64,000 nt of DNA. Origin: Pedobacter sp. GTDB lineage: Bacteria > Desulfobacterota > Desulfuromonadia > Desulfuromonadales > Syntrophotaleaceae. This document shows, piece by piece, positions 19,346-30,792 of the stretch (position 1 is its first letter; each line of letters starts with the position of its first letter). Where the stretch lies: the NCBI GenBank assembly GCA_050253415.1, contig JBFWJC010000006.1, forward strand, positions 96,001-160,000, read 5' to 3'. The position numbers and the translations under genes are program-made. The notes under the pieces are model-generated. The model did not search any database. It had not been told where the DNA came from and was given only the letters and a program-made list of their open reading frames with translations.

Positions 19346-22000
19346 TTACCGGCGGCGCAGGAAAAACTTCTCCAGTTCCACCGCGATAAAGACCATCGAG
19401 GACATGACAAATGTCACACCAAGTTCAGCGAGGGTCAGAGGTTCAGTTTTGAATATCGGATTGAGCAGAGGCACATAGATCGTCAACATCTGGAGTACAA
19501 GAGTCAGCAAAAACGCTCCGACCAATGGCATGTTCGTAAAAAACCCCTGCGAGAAGAGCGACTCACGCTCGGAGCGGATAGCAAGCACATGCCCCATCTG
19601 GCTCAAACAAAGTACCGTGAACACCATGGTCTGCCAATGGGCGAAGCCGGTGTGGATTGAAAAGGCCTGGGTAATGATGCATGCCGCCCCCATGAGCAAC
19701 CCGACCCAGACAATGTGCGTGCCGAGTCCCTGTGCAAATATACTCTCTTTTGGGTGGCGCGGTGGCCGGTCCATGATCCCCTTCTCTCCCGGCTCTGCGG
19801 TGAGCGCAAGACCGGGCAGCCCATCGGTAACCAGGTTGATCCAGAGAATGTGTATAGGGAGCAGCGGGATCGGCAGGCCGAAAAACGGCGCGAGAAAGAT
19901 CGTCCAGATTTCGCCAGAGTTGCTGGTCAACGTGTACTTGATGAACTTGCGTATGTTGTCAAAGATCCGCCGGCCCTCCTTGACCGCTTTGACGATAGTC
20001 GCAAAATTATCGTCGAGCAGAATCATATGGGACGCCTCCTTTGAGACGTCCGTGCCGGTGATGCCCATAGCGACGCCGATGTCGGCACGCTTAAGAGCCG
20101 GCGCATCGTTAACACCGTCTCCGGTCATCGCCACAAACTGTCCACGGTCCTGCAACGCTTTGATAATTTTCAGTTTCTGTTCCGGGGCAACCCGCGCATA
20201 GACACGAATCTTCTCAACCATCTGCTCGAACTGGTTCAGGGGTATGTGTTCGAGCTCCCGGCCATTGATCACCAGTTCATCGCTGTGACCTTCGCCGAGA
20301 ATACCGATTCGCCGTGCAATCGACCGTGCGGTCAGAGGATGGTCGCCTGTGATCATCACCGGAATGATTCCGGCCTGCCGGCACAGCTCAACGGCTCCCC
20401 TGGCCTCCGGTCTCGGCGGATCCATCAGGCCTACGATCCCCAGCAGCGTCAGACCCGTTTCGACATCGTCAGCCGCAGGATCGTCCGGGAGGCGGTCCCA
20501 TACCCGCATGCCGAATCCAAGCGCGCGCAAACCGTCTCCGGCGATCCGGTCAGCCACCACCGAAATCTCCGCGGGCACAAGATCCTCTTCACTTTGCGAC
20601 GCGAGGACCCGGGTGGCCCGTTCAAGCACCACCTCCACGGCGCCCTTGGTAAAAGAAACTACTTTTCCGCCCTCCCAAGCATGGAAAGTTGTCATCAGTT
20701 TCCGTTCCGCATCGAAGGGCAGCTCCGCAAGCCGCGGATGCTTCTCCTGCAGAGCCATCTTGGCGAAACCACTCTCCGCGCCGAGGGTAAAAAGCGCCGT
20801 CTCCGTCGGATCGCCGATGACCGCACCGGCGGCGTCCTGCTTTGCGTCGTTGGAGAGAAACGCTGCGACAAGAAGCGTAGACAGCGGTCGACCGACAGCG
20901 GTGCCCGACAGTTCCTCCCCCACGGCTCTGCACAACTCCTTTTGGGGAATAAGGCGCCCGTCAGCGTACACCGCCTCTGCGACCATCCGGTTCATCGTCA
21001 GGGTGCCCGTCTTGTCCGAACAGATGTAGGTCACCGAGCCAAGTGTCTCGACAGCGGGGAGATTGCGCATGAGGGCTTTCTGCCGGACCATCTTCTTCGC
21101 GCCGATGGCCAGGGCTATGGTAATGACCGCCGGCAGCGCCTCCGGTATCGCTGCGACAGCCAGAGATATGGCCGTCAGCATCATGAGCACAGGCGACTCA
21201 CCGCGCAGAATCCCGACGATAAAAACGATGGCACAAATGGCCAGCACGGCCAGGGCAAGCTTCTTTCCAAAAGCGACCATCCGCTTCTGCAACGGGGTCT
21301 TGCCCTCCGTCTCATCCTGCAGCATCGCCGCGATGACGCCGAGTTCGGTCTGCATCCCTGTGGCGATGACAACCCCCTCCCCGCGCCCGTAGGATATAAT
21401 TGTCCCCTTATAGGCCAAATTTGACCGATCGCCGATCGACAACCCCCGATCCACAAGGGCTTCCGTCTGCTTTTCCGACGGTATGGACTCACCGGTCAGC
21501 GCGGCCTCCTCAACCTTGAGCTTCGCGACCTCGATCAGCCGCAAATCGGCCGGCACGATATTCCCCGCTTCAAGTTGTACGATGTCACCCGGCACGAGGT
21601 CGGCCGCGGGGATCGCCGCAGGGATACCGTCCCTGATCACCGTAGCAAGGGATGCGGCCATCTTCTTGAGGGCCGCCATCGCCTTCTCGGCTCGGTACTC
21701 CTGGCTGAACCCAAGGACCGCGTTGAGCACCACGATCACGATGATGGCAATGGTGTCCGCTGCCTCACCGAGAATACCGGCGAGTACAGCGGCAGCGATC
21801 AGAACAATGATCATGAAATCTTTGAACTGAGCGAAGAACATACCCGGCAGAGTGCGCCTACGCCTCTCGACCAATTCGTTCGCTCCGTACTCAATCAGAC
21901 GACGGGTTGCCTCCGCAGAGTCGAGTCCGGCACGGCTGCTTCCGAGCGCATCAAGCGCATCGGAAGTACTCAGTGAGTGCCAAGGATCACGTGCCTTCAT
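19346..22000 (-). CDS. P2A-type cation (Ca2+/Mn2+) transporting ATPase
   Basis: TGES, AAIPEALP, CSDKTGT, KGA, TGDGVNDAP, WINLVTDG. Confidence 0.93.
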   Translation of the reverse strand: MKARDPWHSLSTSDALDALGSSRAGLDSAEATRRLIEYGANELVERRRRTLPGMFFAQFKDFMIIVLIAAAVLAGILGEAADTIAIIVIVVLNAVLGFSQEYRAEKAMAALKKMAASLATVIRDGIPAAIPAADLVPGDIVQLEAGNIVPADLRLIEVAKLKVEEAALTGESIPSEKQTEALVDRGLSIGDRSNLAYKGTIISYGRGEGVVIATGMQTELGVIAAMLQDETEGKTPLQKRMVAFGKKLALAVLAICAIVFIVGILRGESPVLMMLTAISLAVAAIPEALPAVITIALAIGAKKMVRQKALMRNLPAVETLGSVTYICSDKTGTLTMNRMVAEAVYADGRLIPQKELCRAVGEELSGTAVGRPLSTLLVAAFLSNDAKQDAAGAVIGDPTETALFTLGAESGFAKMALQEKHPRLAELPFDAERKLMTTFHAWEGGKVVSFTKGAVEVVLERATRVLASQSEEDLVPAEISVVADRIAGDGLRALGFGMRVWDRLPDDPAADDVETGLTLLGIVGLMDPPRPEARGAVELCRQAGIIPVMITGDHPLTARSIARRIGILGEGHSDELVINGRELEHIPLNQFEQMVEKIRVYARVAPEQKLKIIKALQDRGQFVAMTGDGVNDAPALKRADIGVAMGITGTDVSKEASHMILLDDNFATIVKAVKEGRRIFDNIRKFIKYTLTSNSGEIWTIFLAPFFGLPIPLLPIHILWINLVTDGLPGLALTAEPGEKGIMDRPPRHPKESIFAQGLGTHIVWVGLLMGAACIITQAFSIHTGFAHWQTMVFTVLCLSQMGHVLAIRSERESLFSQGFFTNMPLVGAFLLTLVLQMLTIYVPLLNPIFKTEPLTLAELGVTFVMSSMVFIAVELEKFFLRRR

Positions 22001-22311
22001 ATCTCATCCCTCCTTGTGGTTGTGTAAGGGACCAGCTCACCCGCGGTTTCCAGGAAACAAGAACGTTGATTGTTGCCAACATGGCGTTAATTGCGCCAGC
22101 ATTTCAATACAGGCCCAAATCTAAAACACATTTACGTTAAAAAACCGGTGCGTGTATCCCCGAGCTTATCGTCGCTCAATGATTGTGGATCAATTGGAGT
22201 TCTCGCCTCTTGAACCTGCCGCTACGGAAAACGAACGTCCGGACTTACTTCACCTCCTATATATTACAAAAACACTCTGTTTATGCGCGTAGAGTGTGCC
22301 ACTTTCTTCCC

Positions 22312-23331
22312 TTATCGTTTGATTGCCGGGTCGTTTTCTTCTGTTTTTGCAGGGCTACCCGGTACCCAACCGTGAACGGCTGTGGCAGTGGCGATATCTT
22401 TCGGAAGCCGCCGCGTCTTAATCATCGATATCAGCATCGAACAGCCAATAAGCAAAGCGGTAATCAGCAAGGCCAACTCGGTAGGGATAACATTCCCGAA
22501 AGCAGCATTGATAAGCATCTTCGCGCCGACCACCATAAGTACCAGCGACAAGCCATATTTGAGATAGTGGAACCTGTGAATAATGCCGGTCAGGGCGAAA
22601 TAGAGCGCACGCAAACCGAGAATGGCGAAAACGTTGGAGGTATAGACGATGAAAGAATTGGTGGTTATGGCGAAGATGGCCGGAATGGAATCCAGAGCGA
22701 AGACCAAATCGGAAATTTCGACCAAAATCAACACCACCATCAGGGGCGTAAGATAAAGCAAGCCGTTGCGGCGGGTAAAAAACCTGTTTCCTTCAAAACC
22801 TTCGGTAACCCGAAAATAGCGCCGGATAAGGAGGACCAGGCTGCTTCCCTCCATGTTTGGCTGTTTGTTAATGGTCGCCAGCATCTTGCCCCCGGTGAAG
22901 ACCAGGAAAGCGCCGAAGAGGTAGATAACCCAATGGAAATTTGCAATAATCGACGCCCCGACGAGGATCAGTGCGGCTCGCATGGCCAAGGCACCTATAA
23001 TGCCCCAGAACAGCACCCGGTGCTGATATTTCGCGGGAACGGAAAAATGGCTGAAGATCAGAACGAAGACAAAGATGTTGTCCACGCTCAGGCTCTTCTC
23101 CAGCAGGTATCCTGTAAAAAACTCAACCCCTGAACTTCGACCGAGAAAATGCATGATTCCGGCGCCAAACAGCAAAGCCATCAAAAAGTAGCCGAAGCTG
23201 AGCAGGAGGGCTTCCCTGACTCCGATCTCCTTGCCCTTGCGGTGGAGGAGACCGAGATCAAGCGCCAGTAATAGCAAAACAAAAAGGTTGAAACCTATCC
23301 ACATCCAGAGAGAATTCACAACCATCTCCAT
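22312..23331 (-). CDS. TerC/Alx family membrane protein
   Basis: EKSLSVDNIFVF, DLVFALDSIPA, SNVFAILGLR. Confidence 0.93.
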   Translation of the reverse strand: MEMVVNSLWMWIGFNLFVLLLLALDLGLLHRKGKEIGVREALLLSFGYFLMALLFGAGIMHFLGRSSGVEFFTGYLLEKSLSVDNIFVFVLIFSHFSVPAKYQHRVLFWGIIGALAMRAALILVGASIIANFHWVIYLFGAFLVFTGGKMLATINKQPNMEGSSLVLLIRRYFRVTEGFEGNRFFTRRNGLLYLTPLMVVLILVEISDLVFALDSIPAIFAITTNSFIVYTSNVFAILGLRALYFALTGIIHRFHYLKYGLSLVLMVVGAKMLINAAFGNVIPTELALLITALLIGCSMLISMIKTRRLPKDIATATAVHGWVPGSPAKTEENDPAIKR

Positions 23332-23406
23332 TCCTGAAGGTTATTTCAAGTCATCATTTATCTGTGATATGACGATCTGAGATTTTGCATCGTAACGATG
23401 CGTACC

Positions 23407-24249
23407 TCAGAACATCATTGCCTCCAGCCTGGCGATCCGTTCTTCCATCGGCGGATGCGTAGAGAAGAGTTTGAGCAGCGACGAACCGGCAAGGGGGTTG
23501 ACGATGAAAAGGTGCGAAGTGGCAGGGGTCGCCTCCTGCATCGGCAGCATCGTTGAAGCTTGCTGAAGCTTGCGCAGAGCATTGGCCAAAGCCAGCGGCT
23601 TGCCACAGATCCTCGCCCCGGTGGCATCGGCCAGGTATTCGCGGGAACGGGAGATGGACATCTGGATCAGCATTGCCGCCATGGGTGCGATGATCGCAAT
23701 CGCCAGACTACCCAAAAGACCGCCCTCTTCTTCCTCGCTGCGGCCGGAACCGAATATCGCGGCCCACTGCAGCATGTTTCCAAGCATGGAGATGGCGCCG
23801 GCAAAGGTTGCGGCAATGGCGGAAATCAAAGTGTCGCGATTTTGCACATGCGCCAGTTCATGGGCCATGACGCCTTCAAGTTCATCGACGGAAAGGAGGC
23901 GCATGATCCCCTCGGTTGCAGCCACGGCTGCATGCTGCGGATTGCGCCCCGTGGCAAAAGCGTTCGGACCCTCAGAAGGGATGATATATACCTTGGGCAT
24001 CGGCATGCTAGCCTGCTGGGATAGGCGCCGAACCATTCTGTAAAGAGTGGGATTATCAAGTTCCGAGACTTCCCGGGCCTTGTACATTTTGAGGATGATC
24101 TTGTCCGAATACCAGTAGGAGAAGAAGTTCATTACGCATGCCAAGACAAAGGCAATGAACATGCCGGATTGGCCGCCGATGGCGCTCCCCATGGTAACAA
24201 GAAGAAGGGTAAGACAGGTAAGAAGGAAGAAGAGCTTGACCCGATTCAT
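23407..24249 (-). CDS. htpX: Zinc metalloprotease HtpX
   Basis: [29 protein letters not shown]. Confidence 0.93.
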   Translation of the reverse strand: MNRVKLFFLLTCLTLLLVTMGSAIGGQSGMFIAFVLACVMNFFSYWYSDKIILKMYKAREVSELDNPTLYRMVRRLSQQASMPMPKVYIIPSEGPNAFATGRNPQHAAVAATEGIMRLLSVDELEGVMAHELAHVQNRDTLISAIAATFAGAISMLGNMLQWAAIFGSGRSEEEEGGLLGSLAIAIIAPMAAMLIQMSISRSREYLADATGARICGKPLALANALRKLQQASTMLPMQEATPATSHLFIVNPLAGSSLLKLFSTHPPMEERIARLEAMMF

Positions 24250-24327
24250 ACTTTTAACCTCCGCGCAGTTGGTTGCACAGCGGGTAAAAGAAAAAGACCT
24301 TTACCCGCTGCATGGTTGAATGCAGTA

Positions 24328-24440
24328 GATAAAGGTCTTGCAAAGCGCGACATAGTGTCACAGCTCCCGCGTCCGGGTGGCGTTGCCACCGTACTGACGA
24401 ATCGCGGGCCGGATGGTTCCGGATGCTACTCCCCTTTAAA
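24328..24440 (-). ncRNA. yybP-ykoY (Mn2+) riboswitch
   Basis: Minus strand AAAGGGGAGUAGC...CGUCAGUAC...GCAAGACCUUU; lies upstream of TerC and P-type ATPase genes. Confidence 0.9.
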
Positions 24441-24738
24441 CGCCGCAAGGCTACTCATTTCACAAGGAGAAGTCAACAATGAAGTCATAGCGACGCAAGG
24501 CGTAAACTAGACTGCCTTACTTAAGGGAGACATCCGGATAGTGATTGGCGGGATTTTGGCCATATTAAATATATTTTCAACATCTTAAGGGAAACCCTTT
24601 CCAACGCGGAAAACGTGGGCTGTTGTTTTGGCACCGGGATACGGAGGGTTTTATACTTGACTTTTTTGGTAGTCTTATGGATCATTGATTCCATAGCAAA
24701 TCCATCAGGCAAAACCTTCTCGGAGGACTAAGGTATTG

Positions 24739-25659
24739 ATGTCACAAGAAAATTTAAAAAAAGAGATCCGTCGCCTGGCCCAGGAGCGCAATGCCCTGAT
24801 ACTGGCACATAATTATCAACGCGACGAAATTCAGGAAATTGCCGATATCGCCGGAGACTCCCTGGCGCTTTCCATGGAAGCGGCACGCACCGACAAGGAT
24901 ATCATCGTGTTTTGCGGCGTTCATTTCATGGCCGAAAGTGCGGCGATCCTGGCTCCGGATAAAACGGTACTGCTGCCGCGGATCGATGCAGGGTGCCCCA
25001 TGGCCGACATGGTGACCGCTGAAGGCTTGCGGGCTTTCAAGCAGCAACATCCGCAAGCAACGGTTGTCACCTATGTCAACAGCACCGCCGCGACCAAGGC
25101 CGAAACCGATATCTGCTGCACCAGTGCCAACGCTTTGCGCGTCGTGCGCTCCTTGCCTGCCGATGAGATCATCTTCGCTCCGGATCGCAACCTTGGGCGC
25201 TATGTGGCATCCCACTGCCCGGAAAAGACCTTCCATTTCTGGCCGGGGTTCTGCCCCACCCACGACAACCTGCGCGCCGATGCCGTTCTGAAGGCCAAAG
25301 CCGAGCACCCCGGTGCGCCATTTGTCGCCCATCCGGAGTGTCTGCCCGAAATCCTTGAATTGGCCGACCATATCTGTTCCACCAGTGGCATGTACGACTA
25401 TGTGCGCACCCATCCGAGCAAAAAGTTCATCATCGGCACGGAAATGGGCATCCTGTACCGTATGCGCAAAGAAAATCCGGATAAGGAATTTATCCTTGCC
25501 AACCCGGACGTACTGATCTGCCCTAATATGAAACTGATTACCCTGGAGGATCTGCTCGAAGCGCTGCAGACTCTCGAGCCTGTCGTCAGCGTCCCTGAAG
25601 AAATCAGGAAACCGGCGAAACTTTCGCTCGATCGCATGCTTGCGGTGCCCAGGGACTAA
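24739..25659 (+). CDS. nadA: Quinolinate synthase
   Basis: [34 protein letters not shown]. Confidence 0.96.
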   Translation: MSQENLKKEIRRLAQERNALILAHNYQRDEIQEIADIAGDSLALSMEAARTDKDIIVFCGVHFMAESAAILAPDKTVLLPRIDAGCPMADMVTAEGLRAFKQQHPQATVVTYVNSTAATKAETDICCTSANALRVVRSLPADEIIFAPDRNLGRYVASHCPEKTFHFWPGFCPTHDNLRADAVLKAKAEHPGAPFVAHPECLPEILELADHICSTSGMYDYVRTHPSKKFIIGTEMGILYRMRKENPDKEFILANPDVLICPNMKLITLEDLLEALQTLEPVVSVPEEIRKPAKLSLDRMLAVPRD

Positions 25660-25717
25660 CTCATCAGAGACCGGGCACCTGGATATTTATCCAGGTGCCC
25701 GACCCTGGAGTCTCATC

Positions 25718-25978
25718 ATGATACCTATCATGTCGGAAACAGATCTCCTGGCGCTGTTTGAGACAGGCCATGAAGTTCTGAAAGCGGAGAAAGTGCTGAA
25801 GCAGGCCAACATTGCCATGCGTTTGCTGCCGGCACCGGCCGGTTTGGCAACCGGCTGTGCTTTGGCGATTCGTTTCGCGGAGGAACAGCGCCTGTCTTTT
25901 GAGGCAGAGCTCACCGCCGCGGGGGTTCCCCCCAAGGTCATCTTTCGCAAGGAACAGGATGCCTGGTCAGTGGCTTGA
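25718..25978 (+). CDS. DUF3343 putative Se/S carrier-like protein
   Basis: F.TGHEVLKAE..L and PAP....GCALAIRF motifs. Confidence 0.75.
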   Translation: MIPIMSETDLLALFETGHEVLKAEKVLKQANIAMRLLPAPAGLATGCALAIRFAEEQRLSFEAELTAAGVPPKVIFRKEQDAWSVA

Positions 25979-25987
25979 GCTTGCCTT

Positions 25988-27142
25988 ATGACGATTTACC
26001 TCGATAACGCCGCAACATCCTTCCCCAAGCCCGAAGCTGTCTATCAGGCCACCGATCAGGCATTGCGCAACCTCGGAGGCAGTCCCGGTCGTGGCAGCCA
26101 CCGCATGGCGCTGGATGCTGGCCGGCAGCTGCTGGATTCCCGCGAATCCGTGGCCGATTTTTTCGGCATACGCGATTCCTCTCGCGTCGTTTTCACCGCC
26201 AATGCCACAGAAGCGATAAATCAGGCGCTTTTCGGCCTTCTCAAACCCGGCGACAGGGTCGTCACCTCGACCATGGAACACAATGCGGTGATACGGCCAC
26301 TGTACGCACTGCAATCCAAGGGCGTACAGGTCGTCAAAGTCCCGCCCGGGCCGGATGGATGTCTGCAACCGGAATCCGTGCGCGACGCGATCTTGGCTGA
26401 CTTGCAGGCAACCCGCATGCTTGTCCTTACGCACGCTTCGAATGTCACCGGCAGTATCCAGCCCATAGAAGACCTTGGTCCCTGGTGCCGGAAGCATGGC
26501 ATTCTGCTGCTGGTCGATGCCGCCCAAACCGCCGGTTTTTTACCCATCGACGTGGAGCAGATGGCCATCGACCTGCTAGCCGCGCCGGGGCACAAACATC
26601 TCATGGGGCCTCCCGGTTGCGGAATACTGTATGTACGGAACGGGTTGCAACCCATCCCGCTGTTTTATGGCGGCAGCGGTGCCGACTCAGCCTCTGCGCT
26701 GCCTCCGGAACAGCTTCCCGAGCGTCTGGAAAGCGGAACCGCCAACCTTCCGGCCCTGGCAGGCCTGCAAGCCGGTATCGCTTTTATCAGAGAAACGGGG
26801 ATGCACAACATACGCCGGCATAAGACCGAACTTTTGGCACACCTGATGGATGGGTTGCGCTCCCTGCCCGACATTCATCTCTACGGCCCTTCCGACCCGA
26901 CAATGCTCGCCGGTGTCCTGTCGTTCAACGTATCTGCTCATGATCCGGCTGACATGGCTTATTGGCTCGACTCGGAACATGCCATTTGCATTCGGGCAGG
27001 GCTGCACTGCGCGCCCGACGCTCATCACACGCTTGGTACATTCCCGCGTGGAACGCTAAGGGTCAGTCCAGGATATTTTTCCCGCCACGAAGACATTCAA
27101 ATCCTGCTAAACGCCATCCGGACGTTGCTGAAGTCGCCATAA
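25988..27142 (+). CDS. Cysteine desulfurase / selenocysteine lyase family (class V PLP)
   Basis: IYLDNAATSFPKP, DAAQTAG, PGHK, IRAGLHCAP. Confidence 0.9.
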   Translation: MTIYLDNAATSFPKPEAVYQATDQALRNLGGSPGRGSHRMALDAGRQLLDSRESVADFFGIRDSSRVVFTANATEAINQALFGLLKPGDRVVTSTMEHNAVIRPLYALQSKGVQVVKVPPGPDGCLQPESVRDAILADLQATRMLVLTHASNVTGSIQPIEDLGPWCRKHGILLLVDAAQTAGFLPIDVEQMAIDLLAAPGHKHLMGPPGCGILYVRNGLQPIPLFYGGSGADSASALPPEQLPERLESGTANLPALAGLQAGIAFIRETGMHNIRRHKTELLAHLMDGLRSLPDIHLYGPSDPTMLAGVLSFNVSAHDPADMAYWLDSEHAICIRAGLHCAPDAHHTLGTFPRGTLRVSPGYFSRHEDIQILLNAIRTLLKSP

Positions 27143-27366
27143 TTACAGCTGTTTCAAAAAATTTTTGTCGAATGAAGTCACAATTGTTGACAAAACTTGC
27201 GGGAAATAATCGTTTATGATAATTATGATTGGAATGTTGTAAACATGTATAGAAAATCTCTATGCAACAACCTCCATCATCTACGTATCGAGCTTTATTT
27301 GATGTAAAAGCAGGTTATTTATTTGCTGTTTACAAAATAAATCAACGCCTTATTGTGAGGGAATCC

Positions 27367-27834
27367 GTGAGACTATCAACCAAAAGCCGTTATGGACTTC
27401 GCGCCTTATTCGACATCGCCTACAATGCCGGAAACCAGCCAGCACAGATCAAGGATATTTCCCGTCGTCAGGAGATATCACCGAGGTATCTCGAACAGAT
27501 TTTCCAGAGCTTTAAAAAGGCCGGTATCCTCCGAAGCAAAAAAGGTCCCCAAGGCGGATATTTTCTGACCCGGAAACCTGAGCAGATCACTGTTCGGCAA
27601 ATTATTGAAGCTGCCGAAGGCGATACCCTGCTGGTCGCCTGCGCGTGCGAAGCTCCCAAAGGCAAAGGCCGCTGCACCATGAACGGACAATGCGTCACGC
27701 AAACCGTATGGTCCGAGGCGACGGCGCATCTCAACACCTTTTTTGACGGCATGACCCTTCAAACTCTGTGCGAGCGCGGGCAAGACATGGGGGTCAAACG
27801 CGAAAGCGATCATCGCTTCATGTATTACATCTAG
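27367..27834 (+). CDS. Rrf2 family regulator (IscR/CymR-like, Cys-containing)
   Basis: GTG start RLSTKSRYGLRAL, YLEQIF, GPQGGY, C-x-C-x9-C-x5-C. Confidence 0.9.
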   Translation: MRLSTKSRYGLRALFDIAYNAGNQPAQIKDISRRQEISPRYLEQIFQSFKKAGILRSKKGPQGGYFLTRKPEQITVRQIIEAAEGDTLLVACACEAPKGKGRCTMNGQCVTQTVWSEATAHLNTFFDGMTLQTLCERGQDMGVKRESDHRFMYYI

Positions 27835-28115
27835 GATATCTTCGGACTATCCATGAGCCGTCAAAACATGCAACCGACTGGTCCATACCTCAACTCCTTT
27901 TCGGCCCTCAAATCCTATCGGGACCTTCAACCGAGCTATAACAGGTTCTAAAACATCCAATTTTAGCTTCCGTCCGGATAGTCCTCCGACAGGCTTCAAA
28001 AGGGCCCGGAGGCATGGAGTACTTAATTCTCCGGTTGACCCAGGAGGAATTTCGTTTAACCTAATACCAATCCGCAACCGAATTCTGACAGGATATTATC
28101 CTTAAGGCTTACTTC

Positions 28116-29828
28116 ATGGGTGATTGGAAAAAATTTCTCACGGAACAACGCATTGCCTACTTCTCCATGGAAATCGGCCTGACCGCTGAAATCCCTACCT
28201 ACAGTGGCGGACTGGGCGTTCTCGCCGGCGACACCATTAAAACCGCAGCCGATTTAAAAATACCCCTTGTAGCTGTCACTCTAATCAGCCGTAAGGGTTA
28301 TTTTCGCCAGGCCATCGACGAACAGGGCCAGCAGCAGGAAAGCCCGGTTCAGTGGGAACCGGAAACACTGCTGGAATGCCTGCCAATCAAAACGCTGCTC
28401 ACCATTGAAGGACGAGACGTCAAGGTACAGGCCTGGCTCTATCGGGTGGTCAGCCCTTCACGGGGGCAGGTCCCGGTACTGTTCCTCGATACCGACATCC
28501 CCGGCAATGCCGATGAAGACCGGCGCATTACCGACCACCTCTATGGTGGCGATCAGGCTTATCGGCTCAAGCAGGAGATCGTTCTTGGGATCGGGGGCGC
28601 TCGCATTCTCGACCAACTCGGGTTCAATATCCGCAAGTACCACATGAACGAAGGCCACGCCAGCCTGCTGACGCTGGAACTACTGTCACGCAGCCGTCGA
28701 CCAATTGAGGACACCTGGGACGAACGCAATGCCTGGAATACCCGTGAGGTCATCAGCAAATGCGTTTTCACCACCCACACTCCCGTACAGGCCGGGCATG
28801 ACCAGTTTCCCTATGATCTGGTGGGCCGCACACTGGACCATGAAATCCCTCTTGATCTACTCAAGGAGTTGGGCGGCCCAGACCATCTGAACATGACCCT
28901 GCTGGCCATGAACCTCAGTCAGTATGTCAATGGTGTTGCCAAGAAACATGGTGAGGTTTCCCAGGCTATGTTCCCCGGCTTTGAAATCCATGCCATCACC
29001 AACGGCATCCATCCCTTCACCTGGACCTCACCCTATTTCGTCAACCTGTTCAGTCGTTACCTGCCAAGCTGGGCCACAGAACCGGAGTTGCTGGTTCGGG
29101 TCGACAGCATTCCGGACGAGGAAATATGGGAGACCCATTGCGGCGCCAAGGCGTACCTGTTTCAGTACATCGACGAAACCTGCGGCGTGCAGCTGGATCC
29201 GGACATTCTGACTATCGGCTTCGCCCGGCGTGTTGCGACCTACAAGCGAGCGGATCTTATTTTCACCGACATTGAACGCTTGCTGCGCATCGGTGAAGGC
29301 AAGCTGCAACTGGTGTTCGGCGGCAAAGCCCACCCACACGACATACCGGGAAAAGAATTGATCCACAACATCACCCAAACCATCAAACGTTATCAGGACC
29401 GCATTCGCATGGTCTACCTGCCCAACTACAACATGGAAGTTGCCGCGCGCCTGATCCCCGGCGTCGATCTGTGGCTCAATAACCCCATGCGACCGTTGGA
29501 GGCCTCGGGTACCAGCGGCATGAAAGCCGCCATCAATGGCGTGCCCAACTTCAGCGTACTGGACGGCTGGTGGATTGAAGGGCACATCGAAGGTGTAACA
29601 GGATGGTCCATCGGGCCGCCATCGAGTGGTAATTCCATCAGCCAGAATCATACCGCCGAAGATGTCGACGATCTCTACCTCAAGCTCGAGCACACCATTA
29701 TCCCATTGTATTATCAGGATCGCCCGGGCTGGATTCGCGTCATGAAAAACGCCATCGGCAAAAACGCCTATTATTTCAATACCCATGTCATGATGCGCCG
29801 CTACGTTACCGAGGCTTACTGCCATTAG
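28116..29828 (+). CDS. glgP: Alpha-glucan phosphorylase
   Basis: AYFSMEIG, YSGGLG, HMNEGH, EASGTSGMKA. Confidence 0.93.
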   Translation: MGDWKKFLTEQRIAYFSMEIGLTAEIPTYSGGLGVLAGDTIKTAADLKIPLVAVTLISRKGYFRQAIDEQGQQQESPVQWEPETLLECLPIKTLLTIEGRDVKVQAWLYRVVSPSRGQVPVLFLDTDIPGNADEDRRITDHLYGGDQAYRLKQEIVLGIGGARILDQLGFNIRKYHMNEGHASLLTLELLSRSRRPIEDTWDERNAWNTREVISKCVFTTHTPVQAGHDQFPYDLVGRTLDHEIPLDLLKELGGPDHLNMTLLAMNLSQYVNGVAKKHGEVSQAMFPGFEIHAITNGIHPFTWTSPYFVNLFSRYLPSWATEPELLVRVDSIPDEEIWETHCGAKAYLFQYIDETCGVQLDPDILTIGFARRVATYKRADLIFTDIERLLRIGEGKLQLVFGGKAHPHDIPGKELIHNITQTIKRYQDRIRMVYLPNYNMEVAARLIPGVDLWLNNPMRPLEASGTSGMKAAINGVPNFSVLDGWWIEGHIEGVTGWSIGPPSSGNSISQNHTAEDVDDLYLKLEHTIIPLYYQDRPGWIRVMKNAIGKNAYYFNTHVMMRRYVTEAYCH

Positions 29829-29843
29829 TCGCCTGCCAGACAC

Positions 29844-29884
29844 AAAAAACCCCGAACTGACTTAATCGGTTCGGGGTTTTTTTA
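29844..29884. terminator. Bidirectional intrinsic terminator
   Basis: AAAAAACCCCGAAC/GTTCGGGGTTTTTT. Confidence 0.85.
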
Positions 29885-29927
29885 TGATCTTTGATCGGAA
29901 TGCAACGACTTCCGGCAACCAAAAATT

Positions 29928-30440
29928 CTAAAATTCCAGCAACCCAAGCGCCTGCTGCAACACCGCTCCAACGGGGGCAGAGGCATCCAGTACGTGGTGC
30001 GCGGCTTCCCGGTAAAGAGGCTCGCGGGCTGCCAGCACTTCGGTCACCTCTTCAATGATCGAGCGCCCTGTAAGCGTGGGCCGTTGATCGGCATTTGGAT
30101 CGGCCTCAAGACGCGCAGCCATGACATCCGCAGGCACGCTCAGGTAAAGCACGGTACCGTTGGCACGCATGAAGGCGCGATTCGCCGCTGACAACACCAT
30201 GCCGCCCCCCGTGGCAATGACTTTTCCAGGCGCGGTGACAGCTTTTAAAGCTTCACTTTCCCTAAGACGAAACCCACCCCAACCCTCCCTGGCAACCACG
30301 TCGGCAACGGTCATGTTCGTGCTCTCCTGCAAGTACAGATCCGTATCGACAAAATCATATTTTAGAGCTTCGGCCAATGCGCGGCCGATGGTGGTTTTCC
30401 CGGATGCGCGGGCGCCTATTAGAAAAATGGTACTGGACAT
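29928..30440 (-). CDS. aroL: Shikimate kinase (AroL-like)
   Basis: [10 protein letters not shown]-loop, FVDTD, ATGGG, RPTL. Confidence 0.88.
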   Translation of the reverse strand: MSSTIFLIGARASGKTTIGRALAEALKYDFVDTDLYLQESTNMTVADVVAREGWGGFRLRESEALKAVTAPGKVIATGGGMVLSAANRAFMRANGTVLYLSVPADVMAARLEADPNADQRPTLTGRSIIEEVTEVLAAREPLYREAAHHVLDASAPVGAVLQQALGLLEF

Positions 30441-30792
30441 GTCAAATAAATCCTTTATGACTGACAACGAATTTTAAACGCAAAGCATATCGTGGCATCA
30501 TCCGTGAACTTTGGTGATTGGCGTGCTCCACTCCATGGCAAAATGTTTACCGGCCGATGAGTATAGGAGGTTTACCCCTGCCCTTCAACCTCCTTTTTCT
30601 TGCAAGCCTCTCCATGCAACAACACACAGGACAAGACCTATAAGTCACAAACAAGCAAACCACTATTTATCGATATTTTAGTAACTTATATTTACATACC
30701 TAAACAGATACATTACATATTAATTACATCGGACAGACTGCAAAAAGGCCACAAACCGATCGAACACATTGCAGCATCAAACGCATGCAACT

